A DNA stretch of 55,283 bases, the filler included, from Catajapyx aquilonaris (lineage: Eukaryota), in NCBI GenBank assembly GCA_000934665.2. It is 3 parts of 3 records of this genome, joined end to end, with 100 filler letters (N's around TTAATTAATTAA, not from the genome) between each part and the next. Parts side by side here need not be neighbours in the genome. Positions count along the whole stretch, not along the records: positions 1 to 18,370 come from JYFJ02006718.1; positions 18,471 to 36,828 come from JYFJ02006719.1; 1 more part is not named here. The stretch is one strand, 5' to 3'. The notes below the pieces were generated by a model that saw nothing but the letters and a program-made list of their open reading frames with translations, made no database searches and was not told where the DNA came from. How positions within the stretch are numbered: the stretch's first letter is position 1; each line of letters begins with the position of its first letter. Positions 14,032-26,361 of this stretch are shown in pieces. The position numbers and the translations under genes are program-made.

Positions 14032-17000
14032 TAAGTCTGATAACTAGATAAAGCCTCTAGGAAGAGAGTCGCCAACAATGGGGAACTAGCCTTGGTCTGG
14101 GATTTGGGATTTTTGTTCATAACTAGCTAGCCCATGCCTGTAAACATACATTCCATCACTCTGTTGCATCAAAATGACATTACTGGATAAATTACGGCAC
14201 ATTTAAAAGTGCCTTCAAAATTGGCGGGAAAAACGCCGGAGCCAATCGAAAGGGTACACTGAAATGCCTGGTTGACTGCGAGAGATGAGGAATTTGACTT
14301 TGAATTAACCGCGGACACGACGGAAAGCATTCGCAAGGCGGCTGTAGGCCATCGAGGTGAAGAAAGGGGGCCTTCATGTGCCGAATTCGGGTGACAGATG
14401 ATTCCTGCCAGTTGGCACCCCTGCCAGCCCCTAAGCTGATTGAGCGGCGTGAAGTAAAAACGCGCCCCGGCCGCTATCTTGCTCATGGAATGGGACGGTT
14501 GCTAACCACAGCGAAGCATTTTACAACAATGACGGGGCGCGTTCTATAACATCATTTTTGCGTTCATTTCACTTCGCGTGACGTCAACATTTTCTAGGGA
14601 AACAGTGACGTCACCATTTCCCTACATAAAGACCCCAATTACTCCGGAACTAAAGCTGATATCTTAAAACGGAATATGCCAAAAAAATCCAAAAAATATG
14701 GGCGAATTTATTATGTAGTTTCCAAAATGAAGGCTACTTCCCCATTTTGCTGCTGACGTCATGATCGTCTCTGACTGGCTGGAGTAATTATGGACTGTTT
14801 ATGCAGCCCCCTGCAACTCCCTCTCTTTTCCCGTGCTCTTAGCAAGTCCCCTATCCCCAGATGTGGAGTCCGAATACCCGAATGTGGAGCACTGTACCAA
14901 ATCGCATTCGGGTGGCTGGTGCTGTTCGATCTGCAAACTGGAACTGAATGGGAATTGACGCTTTAGGTAAGTCCAGTCCGGTTCAGAAGTCGTCCACCCG
15001 AAGGCGATCTGGTACAGTGAGCTACATCCGGGGATAGATTGGACTCGCTAAGCGCAAGGTTCCCCATAATTATGGCTAGATAGGGAGTTGCGGGGGGACT
15101 GTGTTTACGTGTCCTATGGAGGCCGCCATGTTGCGTTGCTATGGGAAAAGTGGTCGGCTCTGAAGTCACGGTCTACTCCGATTGGCTGGAGCCAGAAGGC
15201 CTGTACTATTCCAGCCAATAGGAGTCAACCGTGACGTCAGAAGTTGACTACTCTCTTCCTAGACCTAGCGGCTCTCAGTGATAATGATAACTAGTGCAAA
15301 TCGAAGGAATATCCGAGAGGATAACAATGCAATTTTCAACGAATTTAAAGTGTATTCAGCCGGATTTAGAAGTTCTGAACTCAACGTTTTCTTTTATACA
15401 CAGAAAACTGACATGTAAATAATGAATACTGTAGTAAAATATTAATTTTCATGGGCGGGAGGAAAGGGGTAGGCACAGAATCTCATCATATTCGTTCTAT
15501 TCTTCCCTAAAAGTCTCACACTGTGTCAACCTTCCTCAACTCAGCACAGCCTATAATAATAATGTTCCGCTACGCAATAGCCGAAAATGAAACAGATCCG
15601 TGTGCACATGGAGCCTACCGCTTACCAGGAACAAAAACGCATTTCGATCAAATTTTACGTCCACCTCCCGAAAATGATATCTCTACTTTCGTCCTCTAGT
15701 GTACTCTGGACTTGATTATGAGAAAGTGGGTAAGATGATAAAAGGTGGATTAAAAGGCTTTGGAGCGACGGCGGTTTTCCAGTCGGGCTGGTTGGGAATT
15801 GGAAGCCCGTAATTTTCCAGTCCGGCCTCACCTGGCTGGGCGTAATGGGGGTCTGGGAGATGGGCCAAGGGTTGAAAATGGTGGGGTGGGGAACCAGAGG
15901 GTGGTGTGGCGTCGCTTCAGCAGTGTGGCCAGGCCAAGTTGGTCTGGGAGTACTGTCTGCGCGCTCATCCTTGCCATTAAAATAACATCGGACCACCAAA
16001 TCATGACGAATCCCTCGATCCAATTCCTCATTGGAATGGACCCTCGGGTAGTTTTTTTTAGAGGAGCCTTTAGGCTGACACGGGTCACGTGAGTAGGAAC
16101 CATAAAAATAACAAGAGAAAAGACGCCTGGCGTTTCCCAACCGATGATGGTCAAGATGGGTTTTTCGGGAACAGCTATTTGGACTTTAATGAGATGGGCA
16201 TATACGCAGAGTGAGGGTGGGGGAAGACGAGAATGGGGGAGGGGGATCAATATTGCTTTATCACGAAACGAAAAGAATTTCCCATCCACTACAAAGTAGT
16301 AGGATTGCAAGACAAAAAAGAGCAGAGAGATTCAGATTCTTGTCATTCCATCGTTAGTAGTTCATTATGCAGAATAAGGTATGTACAGAGTGTGTTGAAT
16401 GCATAAAAGGGTAGGGAAAAGGCTGACGGATAGTTTCGCCTTAATTTTGTTTGAAAATAGCCCCAAAGGCTTGCTGGTTTGTCGGCAAAAAATGCACCCC
16501 GGAAATAGACCTCAATGGAATTTGGATTCCTCTTCGTAATCGCTTTTCTACCCTCTACAGAATTAAGGAGTGGTTCAAATATTACAATCCCTTACCTAAA
16601 TCCTGCGAGCACGCAGTTATAAGTAACGGTTTTAGCTCGTTTACAAGGAACTAACCAGCTATTTCACTACCCAATCGCATACTCACAATAGTTTCACATA
16701 TTATTAACTTAGGTCGTGACGAGTTCAGTTGCCTAGGTTGCAGCTAGGTAATCAGCAGCGTGGTAACGGTAAAATAGCTATTGGCGACCTTGCGACGAGG
16801 TGGTCACATAGCCGCTTGGCTGCTTGTGACGTCCGAAATACTGCAGTTAAGGTTGGCAATTATGAATTATTATACGGCTGTAGTTAAAGGTGTGTACTCC
16901 GTGTGCAGTTAAAAAATATTGTTGCGTAAGGTACTTTTAGTAGTCACCCAGGACGATACGACAGGAGATTATGAAGTACTATTCGTATTTCCCTGACATA

Positions 17001-17394
17001 ACATCCAGAATATGAATCATGAATTTAACCTATAATTTATGGTAACATTATTTACATGCTTTATAATGATTCAGCCTCTAACCCTTTCGGACAAGTATCG
17101 TATTAAATTACAATTTAAATCTTCAGTAGGCCCTACTGTGACGGCACACTTATTGCAGTAAAGGTTCCCACTAAAGTTATGATGTTGCACTGAAAAGCCT
17201 GCAGTAAACAATTCACAGGACTATAATTATCGTACAGAACCCAGGGTGTTCCATTTAAAAATACGGTTCTGAATACTCCCATTTTTAGTACCTTGCTGCA
17301 TTTTAATGAATATGATAGGCTACTTCCAGAAAGTGTGTCGTCTATATTCAGCAAAATGTCATATGTAGTGCTAATAATATATTATAACAATATA

Positions 17395-18370
17395 CAGGGT
17401 GGACGGAAAGTTTCGGACCCCCCCAGGTTTTTTAACCCTACTTTTCACAGCGTCTTTTCACATCTTTTAAAAGTCCACAAGCAGTTCTAATGTACACTAT
17501 CTTTTGAAGCATAATATCGAGAACATCTGAGCACCTTCGCTCTCGCAATTCCATTAATAACTTCGCCTCTGTGACTCATCTAAACATCCTATCTGTTTTG
17601 CGTTTATTTTGCTTGTTGCCTTGGAGGACCCCTGGTCATATTCTGCGTCATAAATGGTTTTTATGACCCTTTTCCATGAGTTCCCCTTCATGCAAATGTT
17701 GTGAACTCACTCCTGACCTTATTTCTCGCATTGGTCCATAACCTGGTCCAATAAAAAATTTAAAAGGAATGCATGAAATGGCGGACCCGGATGCATTACT
17801 TTCGAATTGGTACCATCACATTTGTCTCCATTTTTACTTTAATAAAATAATTTTTTGGTGCTAAAGGACGTGAACGAAAGAATGTGTCATGTTGATTAAT
17901 TTACCAAGGCAGGACTGTTTACTGTCCTTTGCCACCGAAAAATTATTTTAAAGTAAAAATGGAGACAAATGTGATGGTACCAATGTGAGAATTCAAAAGT
18001 AATGCATCCGGGTCCGCCATTTCATGCATTCCTTTTTAAATTTTTATTGGACCAGGTTATGGACCAATGCGAAAAATAAGGTCAGGAGTGAGTTCACAAC
18101 ATTTGCATGAAGGGGAACTCATGGAAAAGGGTCATAAAAACCTTATCTGACGCAGAATATGACCAGGGGTCATCCAAGGCAACAAGCAAAATAAACGCAA
18201 AACAGATAGGATGTTTAGATGAGTCACAGAGGCGAAGTTATTAATGGAATTGCGAGAGCGAAGGTGCTCAGATGTTCTCAAGATTATGCTTCAAAAGATA
18301 GTGTACATTAGAACTGCTTGTGGACTTTTAAAAGATGTGAGAAGACGCTGTGAAAAGTAGGGTTAAAAAC
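17395..18370. mobile_element. Large foldback element with Tc1/mariner-type TA-CAGGGTG end; right end lost in assembly gap
   Basis: ~17426-17868 is a near-perfect reverse complement of ~17924-18370 (about 440-bp arms, short spacer). The left terminus is ta|CAGGGTG. Confidence 0.85.
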
Positions 18371-18470
18371 NNNNNNNNNNNNNNNNNNNNNNNNNNNNNN
18401 NNNNNNNNNNNNNNTTAATTAATTAANNNNNNNNNNNNNNNNNNNNNNNNNNNNNNNNNNNNNNNNNNNN
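18371..18470. other. Assembly gap with artificial all-frame-stop linker
   Basis: 44 N + TTAATTAATTAA + 44 N; the same construct occurs at 36829-36928. Confidence 0.95.
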
Positions 18471-18659
18471 GTCGAGACCCCACTTGTCTGTGTGTGTTAT
18501 CAGACAACTTGCACTTGCGGGAGCGAATATTCCGAGCGACTGTTCAACTCCAAGGCTGGGGGGAGACCCCATAACCCAATATTGTTACTCTAATAGCATT
18601 ACTGTCACGTCAGTTTTCCGATAGCGATTTATTACAATCTCTTTTCTTGCAGTAAGTGT

Positions 18660-19596
18660 TTACATGACAACAAGATGCGTGTCTGCGTAGATTCCGTCGG
18701 TCGCTTGACATCTGTATGTCCCTGAGTCTGATTCGGTGGCATCGCTGACCTTCAGGACGTGCGTGGTTAGATGGTAGTAGTAGTCGTAACTGTCCGCCTG
18801 GTCGTAGTCCCCATCCGATTCGTCCAATGCACGAGGTACGCCTTCGTCGTCCAGCTTAAGCCATGAGAATGAGTCAGATGGTCCATCCGGCTGGCTCCGA
18901 ACAATGCACACCAGTCCGGTATCGTATCCTTCCTGCACGTACTCCTCTTCTGGTACATGCACTGAGGTTGGTATTATCACACCTGAAACGATTTCACATG
19001 ACCTACGTTGCTCGAACCTTCCCCAAAAATCACATTTTCTATAGTAAATTCAATAGGGAGCAGCAAATTGTTATCAGTACCGTCATCCTCATGTGCCAGA
19101 ATTTTAACATCGATGTCTGCAAACGGACCGTTTTCCACTTGACACCGGTACGCTCCAGCATCGGACCCTTGAGCACGTTCAATGGTGTAGACATTTGTGG
19201 ACAACAGAAACAGCCCGTTGTATCGGTCGGTTAAGGTGACTGATCCTTCGAGTGGTTGGGACGTGTCGCCTTCGAGGTCAAACTTGTGCCAGGTCACTTC
19301 GCAGGGTGTGTCGCCATTGTTGCGCACAATGCACACCAGGCTCGGATACTTGCCTTCCGAGAACGTCACCTCCCTCGGAGAGTACACGATCTCAGGATTG
19401 TCGCAGGATGAGCTCGCTTCATTACATAATCATTTTAACAATTATTAATTAATAATCGAAAGACATTAATAACATTATGAATTAATAGCTATAGTGTTAA
19501 TTTTGTTGAAATTAATAATTACTGCTCCAAACCTGAGATTACGGCGAGTGAAAGTGTCAGCAGAAGACGGCAGAGTCTCGGTACACTTATTCCCAT
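18660..19596 (-). CDS. Secreted two-Ig-domain protein, paralog G (~240 aa; exons 19596-19533, 19416-19081, 18982-18660)
   Basis: Signal peptide MGISVPRLCRLLLTLSLAVIS; Ig1 LVCIVR..VTWHK..DAGAYRCQV; Ig2 LVCIVR..FSWLK..DSGTYRCQA. Both introns are GT-AG phase 1 and exons sum to 723 nt. Intron 1 splice sites are weak. Confidence 0.8.
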
Positions 19597-19875
19597 AGTA
19601 ACGTCGGTGTAATGGTCGTTGAAATGTAGGCCTACTAGCAAAGACTGACATATATGATCAGGATGCTGGCCAAAAAGTTCGAGCTGCTTCCGCTGATTAC
19701 AGGATAATACGTGGAGGAACAATGATGACACAGCACAGAATAATCGAGCTATGAGATTCATCTCACATATGCCTACAGTAGGTGTTTGATTACGATTTAA
19801 AGTGACGCACTTCCTCATTATTCTGACACGCTCTGCAATGTTTTTATTTTTCATTACAATTTTACAGTTTGATGG

Positions 19876-20984
19876 TTACCAGACTACTAGTTGTGCATCT
19901 GCGTGGTCACCTCCGTCCACCTGGCACCGGTACGTACCGGCGTCTGACTTCTTCGCGTTTTTGACCACCAGAACATGCGCCGACCACTTGTACATGTAGT
20001 CGGAAAGGTGCGATCCGGAGTCGTAATTACCGTCCGTCGCGTCCAAATCGCGCGGTGTTCCTTCTCTGTCCAGTTTGTACCACTTGAAGGAATTGAGCAG
20101 TCTAGTGGTATGCTGACCACGTACCACGCAGACCATTCCGGCGTCCTCTCCTTCCTGAGTGTACTCGTTCTGCACATCCACGGTGGTTGGTTGCTCACGG
20201 AAATGTCCTGCAATATATTGCATATTCATCAATAAAAAATGACTATAAGATGAGTTATTATACGAGAGCAACCGAGTGCGCAACCCCACTCGCGCACGTC
20301 CATTGTTCCGACAGCGTTGCTACAGACTACTCAGGAGCCAAATTCTAAGACTGTTCGTTCCAGAGCCTTGGCAACGTCGCAAAAGTCGGCCATTTTGTTA
20401 CCCCCTTAGCAGTAGTGTTGGAAACAAGTTGCGCGAACTGTGTTGTGCGCTCGGTTGCGTTCATTATAGAATGCTGATTGTGTGTAGCAGCAGCTTCATA
20501 CATGTATTAAATTTTTACGTACCGTTTCCGAATTCTGTGTCAGTAACTCTGATGTGAGTGTCGACAAACTCGCCGCTTTCTACCACGCACCGGTACATCC
20601 CAGAGTCAGACAGTTGGGCACTTTGGATAGGCCAGGTCAGCGAGGTCAGAGTGAGGAGGCCCGGAAACACACCGGTCGACGAAGCTCGTACAGGAAGTCG
20701 CATCGGTGCAGAATCAAAGTCGATACTAGATTCGTTCAAAGATTCCTGGTATTTGATCCAGGCTACGTCACATCGGTCATCGCTGTAGGTACGTGCGATG
20801 CAGGTCACTTCGCTTTCAGAGCCTGCTTCGATCGTCTGTTCGGGTGATGTGTATATGATGGTTGGGCTATGACACGTAGCATCGGCTGGAATTGATCTCG
20901 AAATGGTCACTCCATGACAGTCCCAGACCCAGACTCACCTGATATAGCAGCAGAGACACAGAGAACAAGTATTGTGACGAACAT
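19876..20984 (-). CDS. Secreted two-Ig-domain protein, paralog F (~246 aa; exons 20984-20939, 20885-20523, 20207-19876)
   Basis: Signal peptide MFVTILVLCVSAAIS ending at G|GTGAGT; Ig1 VTCIAR..VAWIK..DSGMYRC; Ig2 MVCVVR..FKWYK..DAGTYRCQV. Phase-1 introns; 741 nt total. Confidence 0.85.
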
Positions 20985-21134
20985 ACTTGTTAGGTTTCAA
21001 GGGACAGTCAGGTCCAAGTTGCAGTTCGGTGTTCGCATGTGTTAATTTAATACGGTAATCAGCTTCCGCTTCCGCTAGATAGAGCGCTTTGTAAACAAAA
21101 ATTATCAAAATGGAAAAAAAAATTGCCATGCCCT

Positions 21135-24100
21135 GCTCTAGGGAACCTTGGGATTTATCCTACTTCAGTATTACTGTACTTGGATCATGGAAGAGTGTGG
21201 CTGTGTCTCTTGTCTCTTGTCTTGGGGCCTCTCTACCTTCTATGAACCAATGTCGGGCCATAAATCATTATTTCTAGACCTACGGCACCACCTACACTTC
21301 ACCCCCAGATAGTAATTAGTCATTGATTGGGGCGCCAATCCACGGAGACAACATTCCGGGATTTGACTGACACTAATTCTCATCTACCGTCTGCCAATTA
21401 GAAGAAATGCCTCGGCAAGCGACTGTTAGAAGGGCAATTTGCGATTTAATTATTCAATGGAGTGAGGGTCGCAGGTGGAGGAGTATTTGGGATACGTCAG
21501 TGTTTGGGTGAAACATGTTCGGGTTGCAAGTGCTGGTCCTCTGCTCCGTGGCCATGGCCATGTTTGGTGGCTGCACATCATCATTATCATCATCTTCATC
21601 ATCATCGGGTGTTGGAAAGAACGTGTCTCGTCTGATGCAAGAGGTGAAGAGGAAGGTACGTGGGGAGGAAGGAGAGTGGTGGGCAGTGTCCAGACTGGTG
21701 AGGGGCGTCCTGGACACGAGGGAGGACATGCGGGGATGCGGCCTGGTCCTGTCCACTGACCTCGTCGGGTCATCGGGCGTCTGGGAGGGACTGTGGAGGC
21801 CTCTTCTCAAAGGTCACTCGGACAAGTACCTCCCGTCCTTCTCACTCAGGACGACCTCCTTCCCACACTCCTTCACAGACTACCCCTGGCTCAAGGGTCA
21901 AGCTGACCTCTTGGACTTCACCACCGTCCCTCCTGACCTCCTCGCGACCTCCGCCTGGTCAGCCTCCGTCTGCACCCTCTACCTCCTCCTCCCTTCCTCC
22001 CCGGCCTCCCTCCCACAACTGGTCATGTCCACCGCCTTCAAGGTCAAGGTCAGTCCACTCGACGATCGTTTCCTCATCCACTTCCCTCGGAGGTCAGCTG
22101 CCCTTCATCATGTGGAGGCGAGAGAGGTCCATCGAGTGATGACCTCGCCCCCTGCCAGTGCCTTCAGGCTGAAGGTGTCCACCCGGATAGAAGAAGCAGA
22201 TGGCGTCATCAGGATGGAGACTGTCTGCTTCTTCTGCGCAGAAGGGGGCCAACCTGAGATCATCGATCTCGGTCAGGTGAGGGTGACGAAGAATCCGATG
22301 GTTGGCAGCCTCTTCAGAAACTTCGAAGTTAACAAAATGAACAAGAAACCAGTTGTGATTGGAATGTATCTTTTTTACGTGGACATGGAAGACGTTCGAA
22401 GAAGACGACGAAATGAACTGGGAGAAGTTTACCTCAAGTATGATGAAAGATATTACATTATTTGCGAGGAAGGGAGCAACTATTTCATTTCGGAGATTCA
22501 CATAAAGGAGCCAACCAGCGCCGACCTTGAGCACAGACTGGACAACGGTTCTTGGGTGGGACTGACGCCTGACTTGTTGTCTGGACGCGTGGATATGATA
22601 GGGATCGTGCCTTACACGGAGGACACCTACAGACACGCCCTCCTGACTCATCCGTACTTTTACGGGCACGGGACATTCCTGACCAGAAGACCCGGCGGAG
22701 TGATCAGCTGGAGGGTCATCTTCAGGCCCTACGTACTCCCCTTCTGGCTGTCCTTGGGGGTCACCCTCGCCCTTCTCCCGATTGCGATGGGCAGAATCTC
22801 CCGCTGCAACTCTTCTCGAGGGAGGTCAGAGGTCGAAGGGCAGCCACTGACCCTGCTGGGATCCGTCCACGTCCTGGCCAGACACCTGATAGAACAGCCC
22901 GTTCCCTTCCCGACTTCCCGCCGCTTTCTTTTCCTGGCCTCCTCCTTCCTCTTCTTCTCCACCGTGGTCATCACTGGCTACAAGGCCAAGATGGTCTCCT
23001 TCCTTACCTTTCCCCCGAGGGAGTTTGTCCCGAAGAACTGGGGGGAACTGGCGGAGTCGGATTGGACCGTCGAAACGGATTTGATGAATTTTATTTTCTG
23101 GAAGAAATACCTATCCTATGTCGAAGATCCTCTTTATCACGCACTGGATGCTAAGGTGTCAGTGGGTGAGAGTATCCAGAGTTGCCTGGAGAATATGCAA
23201 AGAGAGCAACTCGTCTGCGCGGGTGTAAATATACTCATGGATTACGAGATTTACCTCTTTCGCGACACTTCCGGGAAACCAACATTCCGTTACTCCGACG
23301 ACCACATATTTCCGACGTACACTGGATCGAGTTACCCCCGTGGACAAACCATGGCGTATCACATCGGAGCGAAGATCTTCAGATTTTCAAATGAAAATGA
23401 TATGGAAACAGTGACCGTGCGTGACTACATGCACCTGATGTTCATCCGTTCATTGGATCGAATCCGGGCCAGGGAGAGAGACAACCCCCAAAAGGCAGAG
23501 GAAGTGTTGACAAGGAGAAAGCTATCTGCCATCTTCAACATGTGGTTGGTGGGACTGGCTGTTGCCCTGGGTGCATTTGCATGTGAAATGTTCAGTGGTA
23601 GTGTGGTTGGCGTGAAGCATTTATGGTCTGGTCGCCGTAACACAGTGGTAAGTGTGGTGCCAAATGGACAGCCTGAGCGCGAGAAGACCAGTCAACTTGC
23701 CAGTCAATCTCTGCCCTTCACTTTCGCAATAAGTCAAAAGAAAATACTCGTAACCGGAAAATATCCCTTTTTGAATTGATTTCTCATTATTTTATTTGTC
23801 ATTTTCATGTCTTCTCACATAGTTGTCACCGGTTGGATGAACATAAAAGCCAGTGGGTTAATTCCTATACAACATTGTTTCACTTCACTGATATGCAACG
23901 CACGAGAGTATATGAGTAGGCGTATTCGTGTAATGCAAATTATTATGATGTCACGATTATATTATGTCGGGAATATCGCGACACACACCGCTCTGTGACT
24001 GCGCAAGGGTGTTAGAAATTGGTAGCCTGCTTGGGATTATCAATTTCCATAAACAATCACTACCGTAAATGCCTGCTGTAACGGACGTCTGACATCTACA

Positions 24101-24856
24101 ATAAATCTAGGCGCAGGTTTTTGTACTTTTAACGATTGTAATATTGTAATTCGGGCCTCCGGAAAAACGAAGCCCAGTTGCATTGTTGAAAAGTGTCAGA
24201 AATGAGGCAGATGTTATACAGTATGTTAGTAAAAGTGTGATTAAATTTTCTCACAGAATAGTTCATAGTCAATTCCACTACGAGAGCAGATTCAATTATC
24301 CTCCGCATTGATTATTCCAACGTAGCACAATATGCACATGAAATTCCCCTTTTCATTCCACCAATCGTCTCCTCAATGTTTGGGGGGCAATAAACAACCG
24401 GTTTATTGCTGCACCTACAACAAAGTACAGTAGTGCGAGTGCATTCCTCTCATTTTTGTGTTGTATGTTCTATAATAATCCAGCCCAAATAAGTTCTGTT
24501 TCAAAAATCACTCCGATGCACGTGTGACACCCTCTGACCTAAATGTCCGTCCACAGAGTCTCTTGTTTGACATGTACATGAGCATTGGAGATGTAGTACG
24601 TGAATATTGTCACCAATAAATCTGTGATGGCCAATATTTTTTTCGTCACAAGCTCATAACCCCCTGCCTTTCTGAAGTTCGGATTTCGGCAACCGGAATC
24701 GGCTGGAATTGAACGTAGGAGTCATGAAGTTCCCCGATTGTTCGGGAAAAGATATTTAAAAAACCTAAACATTTTCTGATCACTTATTTTGTACTTGTTC
24801 CACTTACTAGTAATTACAACGAGCGATAGGTCCAGCAGCAGTACTGATGCCAACAT
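21135..24856 (-). pseudogene. Disrupted two-Ig paralog E, split by the IR copy-1 segment
   Basis: Signal exon MLASVLLLDLSLVVIT (24856-24808) and Ig1 exon start (x-DSGCRNP from 24702) match paralog C. The degenerate continuation (gaagtaggat..cccaaggttcccta, equivalent to EVGSQGSL) resumes at ~21170-21135; the rest of the gene is missing. Confidence 0.65.
21515..23779 (+). CDS. Intronless divergent ionotropic receptor (iGluR-related chemoreceptor), copy 1, 754 aa
   Basis: Signal-like N-terminus; S1 motif NGSWVGL..DLLSGRVD; pre-M1/M1 IFRPY..PFW; M3 YKAKMVSFLT (variant of iGluR YTANLAAFLT); final TM LSAIFNMWLVGLAVALGAFACE. Single uninterrupted ORF. Confidence 0.9.
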   Translation: MFGLQVLVLCSVAMAMFGGCTSSLSSSSSSSGVGKNVSRLMQEVKRKVRGEEGEWWAVSRLVRGVLDTREDMRGCGLVLSTDLVGSSGVWEGLWRPLLKGHSDKYLPSFSLRTTSFPHSFTDYPWLKGQADLLDFTTVPPDLLATSAWSASVCTLYLLLPSSPASLPQLVMSTAFKVKVSPLDDRFLIHFPRRSAALHHVEAREVHRVMTSPPASAFRLKVSTRIEEADGVIRMETVCFFCAEGGQPEIIDLGQVRVTKNPMVGSLFRNFEVNKMNKKPVVIGMYLFYVDMEDVRRRRRNELGEVYLKYDERYYIICEEGSNYFISEIHIKEPTSADLEHRLDNGSWVGLTPDLLSGRVDMIGIVPYTEDTYRHALLTHPYFYGHGTFLTRRPGGVISWRVIFRPYVLPFWLSLGVTLALLPIAMGRISRCNSSRGRSEVEGQPLTLLGSVHVLARHLIEQPVPFPTSRRFLFLASSFLFFSTVVITGYKAKMVSFLTFPPREFVPKNWGELAESDWTVETDLMNFIFWKKYLSYVEDPLYHALDAKVSVGESIQSCLENMQREQLVCAGVNILMDYEIYLFRDTSGKPTFRYSDDHIFPTYTGSSYPRGQTMAYHIGAKIFRFSNENDMETVTVRDYMHLMFIRSLDRIRARERDNPQKAEEVLTRRKLSAIFNMWLVGLAVALGAFACEMFSGSVVGVKHLWSGRRNTVVSVVPNGQPEREKTSQLASQSLPFTFAISQKKILVTGKYPFLN

Positions 24857-25116
24857 GTTGCTATCCACAGTAGTTTGCCAGGAGCCGCTCTGAACACTTA
24901 TTTCCATGTAATTAAAATAATAAAAATGCATGTAGCCAATGATATCTTAAACTGACTTTGAGAGAAAAATTAGTTCCAAACTACATCCAGCTCGGTGATT
25001 TGCTTCAAACCATATCGTCGCATTAAAATGACTTCGGATAAACCGTAGTATCAGTACACAACCACTTGTGTATTTTACAATCGGGTTGTTACTATACCTT
25101 TGTTGTATTCATCTAA

Positions 25117-26000
25117 TTACCAGACCACAAGTTGCGCATCTGCGTAGAATCCGCCTTCTACCTGGCACCTGGATATTCCGGAGTCGGACTCTCTCGCATT
25201 GTTGACGACCAGGAGATGCACGGACCACTCGTTGCTGTAGTCGGAAAATTGTGGTTCGTCATTATAATCAGCACCAGTCGTCTCCAGATCGCGAGGTACT
25301 CCATTGCTGTCCAGCTTGGACCAGGTCAACGACTCGGCCAAGACGTCTGGTGTCCTCTGCACGTACGACGCAGACCAAACCTGCGTCTAGGCCTGTCAAA
25401 ATATCCTCATTCTGCATGTCCGCAGTAGTGGGTCTGCCCAGCTACATCTGCGAGAAAAATATTTGCCTAGAACACTGTTGTTAACCTAAACATAACGGAG
25501 TGTATAGTACCTTGAAGCACGTTGACTGGTACTATGTGCTGAAACTCTCCGTTTTCCACCCGACAGCGGTACGTCCCAGCGTCCGACTCCTTCGCATGTG
25601 TAATGCTGTACGTGACAGCTCTCAAAGAAACTAGTCCAGGGATTGTAGCTGTTTCTACCTTTTGGGTCGGAAGTCTCTCTGGTCTGTTGGAGATCGCAAT
25701 GATTCCGTTCAAGGATCTAGCCCTTCCCGCCAAAACAGCGCTACTGCGCAGTTTCCTTTCCCTAGTGCACAGTCAGTGCGCAGTTACCTTCCCCTTCCGC
25801 CGCCATAACCGACTTGACTCCACTTGACTCCTTCTCCTGCGTGTCTGGCTGTACCACGGTCAGGGCTGTACTGATAGTTCCAACATGGTCTTCCTCCAGC
25901 ATTAGGATCGACTTTGAAGAAAGAAACGTCGCAGGGTGTGTTGCTGATACTCCGTGAAATACAGACCAGGGAGCCTTGTGATCCTACGTCAATGGTACTG
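25117..26000 (-). pseudogene. Disrupted two-Ig paralog D (close relative of C)
   Basis: Ig2 nearly identical to paralog C but with +1 indels near 25340 and 25437 and YRC changed to SRC. Ig1 is interrupted by a 201-bp solo LTR and truncated at ~26000 by the IR copy-2 segment. No signal exon found; a promoter-like block survives at ~30675-30820. Confidence 0.85.
25685..25885. mobile_element. Solo LTR (Copia- or BEL/Pao-type), 201 bp
   Basis: Ends TGTTGGA...TCCAACA with a 5-bp duplication TGGTC (25680-25684, 25886-25890). Paralog C shows the empty site (tctctggtcttcctcc, ~32047-32062). Confidence 0.85.
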
Positions 26001-26361
26001 TGTACTTGGAGTTGGATCATGGAAGAGTGTGGCTATGTCTCTTGTCAGTGCGCAGTGGTACGGTACGGGTGGGGCCTTCTTACCTTCTACCTACCAATGT
26101 TGGGCCATAAATCATTATTTCTACGCCTACGGCACCACCTACACTTCACCCCCAGATAGTAATTAGTCATTGATTGGGGCGCCAATCCACGGAGACAACA
26201 TTCCGGGATTTGACTGGCACTAATTCTCATCTACCGTCTGACAATTAGCAGAAATGCCTCGGCAAGCGACTGCTCGAAGGGCAATTTGCGATTTAATTAT
26301 TCAATGGAGTGAGGGTCGCAGGTGGAGGAGTATTTGGGATACGTCAGTGTTTGGGTGAAAC

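Noticed and set aside
15159..15241. Imperfect inverted repeat with CCAAT and TGACGTCA motifs
   Set aside because: Looks like the interior of a degraded repeat; no ends, TSD or linked gene to support a promoter call.
212..17490. Dozens of 60-160 aa ORFs in block 1 (e.g. 5528-5998, 14169-14486, 15655-16310)
   Set aside because: No recognisable domains, many non-ATG starts, no consistent exon chain; expected by chance.
18415..18426. TTAATTAATTAA palindrome inside N-runs (also 36873-36884)
   Set aside because: Identical, centred in 100-nt gaps and stops all six frames: a scaffolding linker, not biology.
21186..21196. ATGGAAGAGT at the IR-segment boundary matching the Ig1 exon in inverted orientation
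   Set aside because: A 10-bp match could reflect template switching at the junction but is too short to distinguish from chance.
21450..23643. Antisense and alternative-frame ORFs over the IR genes (also 26297-28487) and over Ig exons
   Set aside because: Shadow ORFs of GC-rich coding sequence; duplicated only because the IR segment is duplicated.
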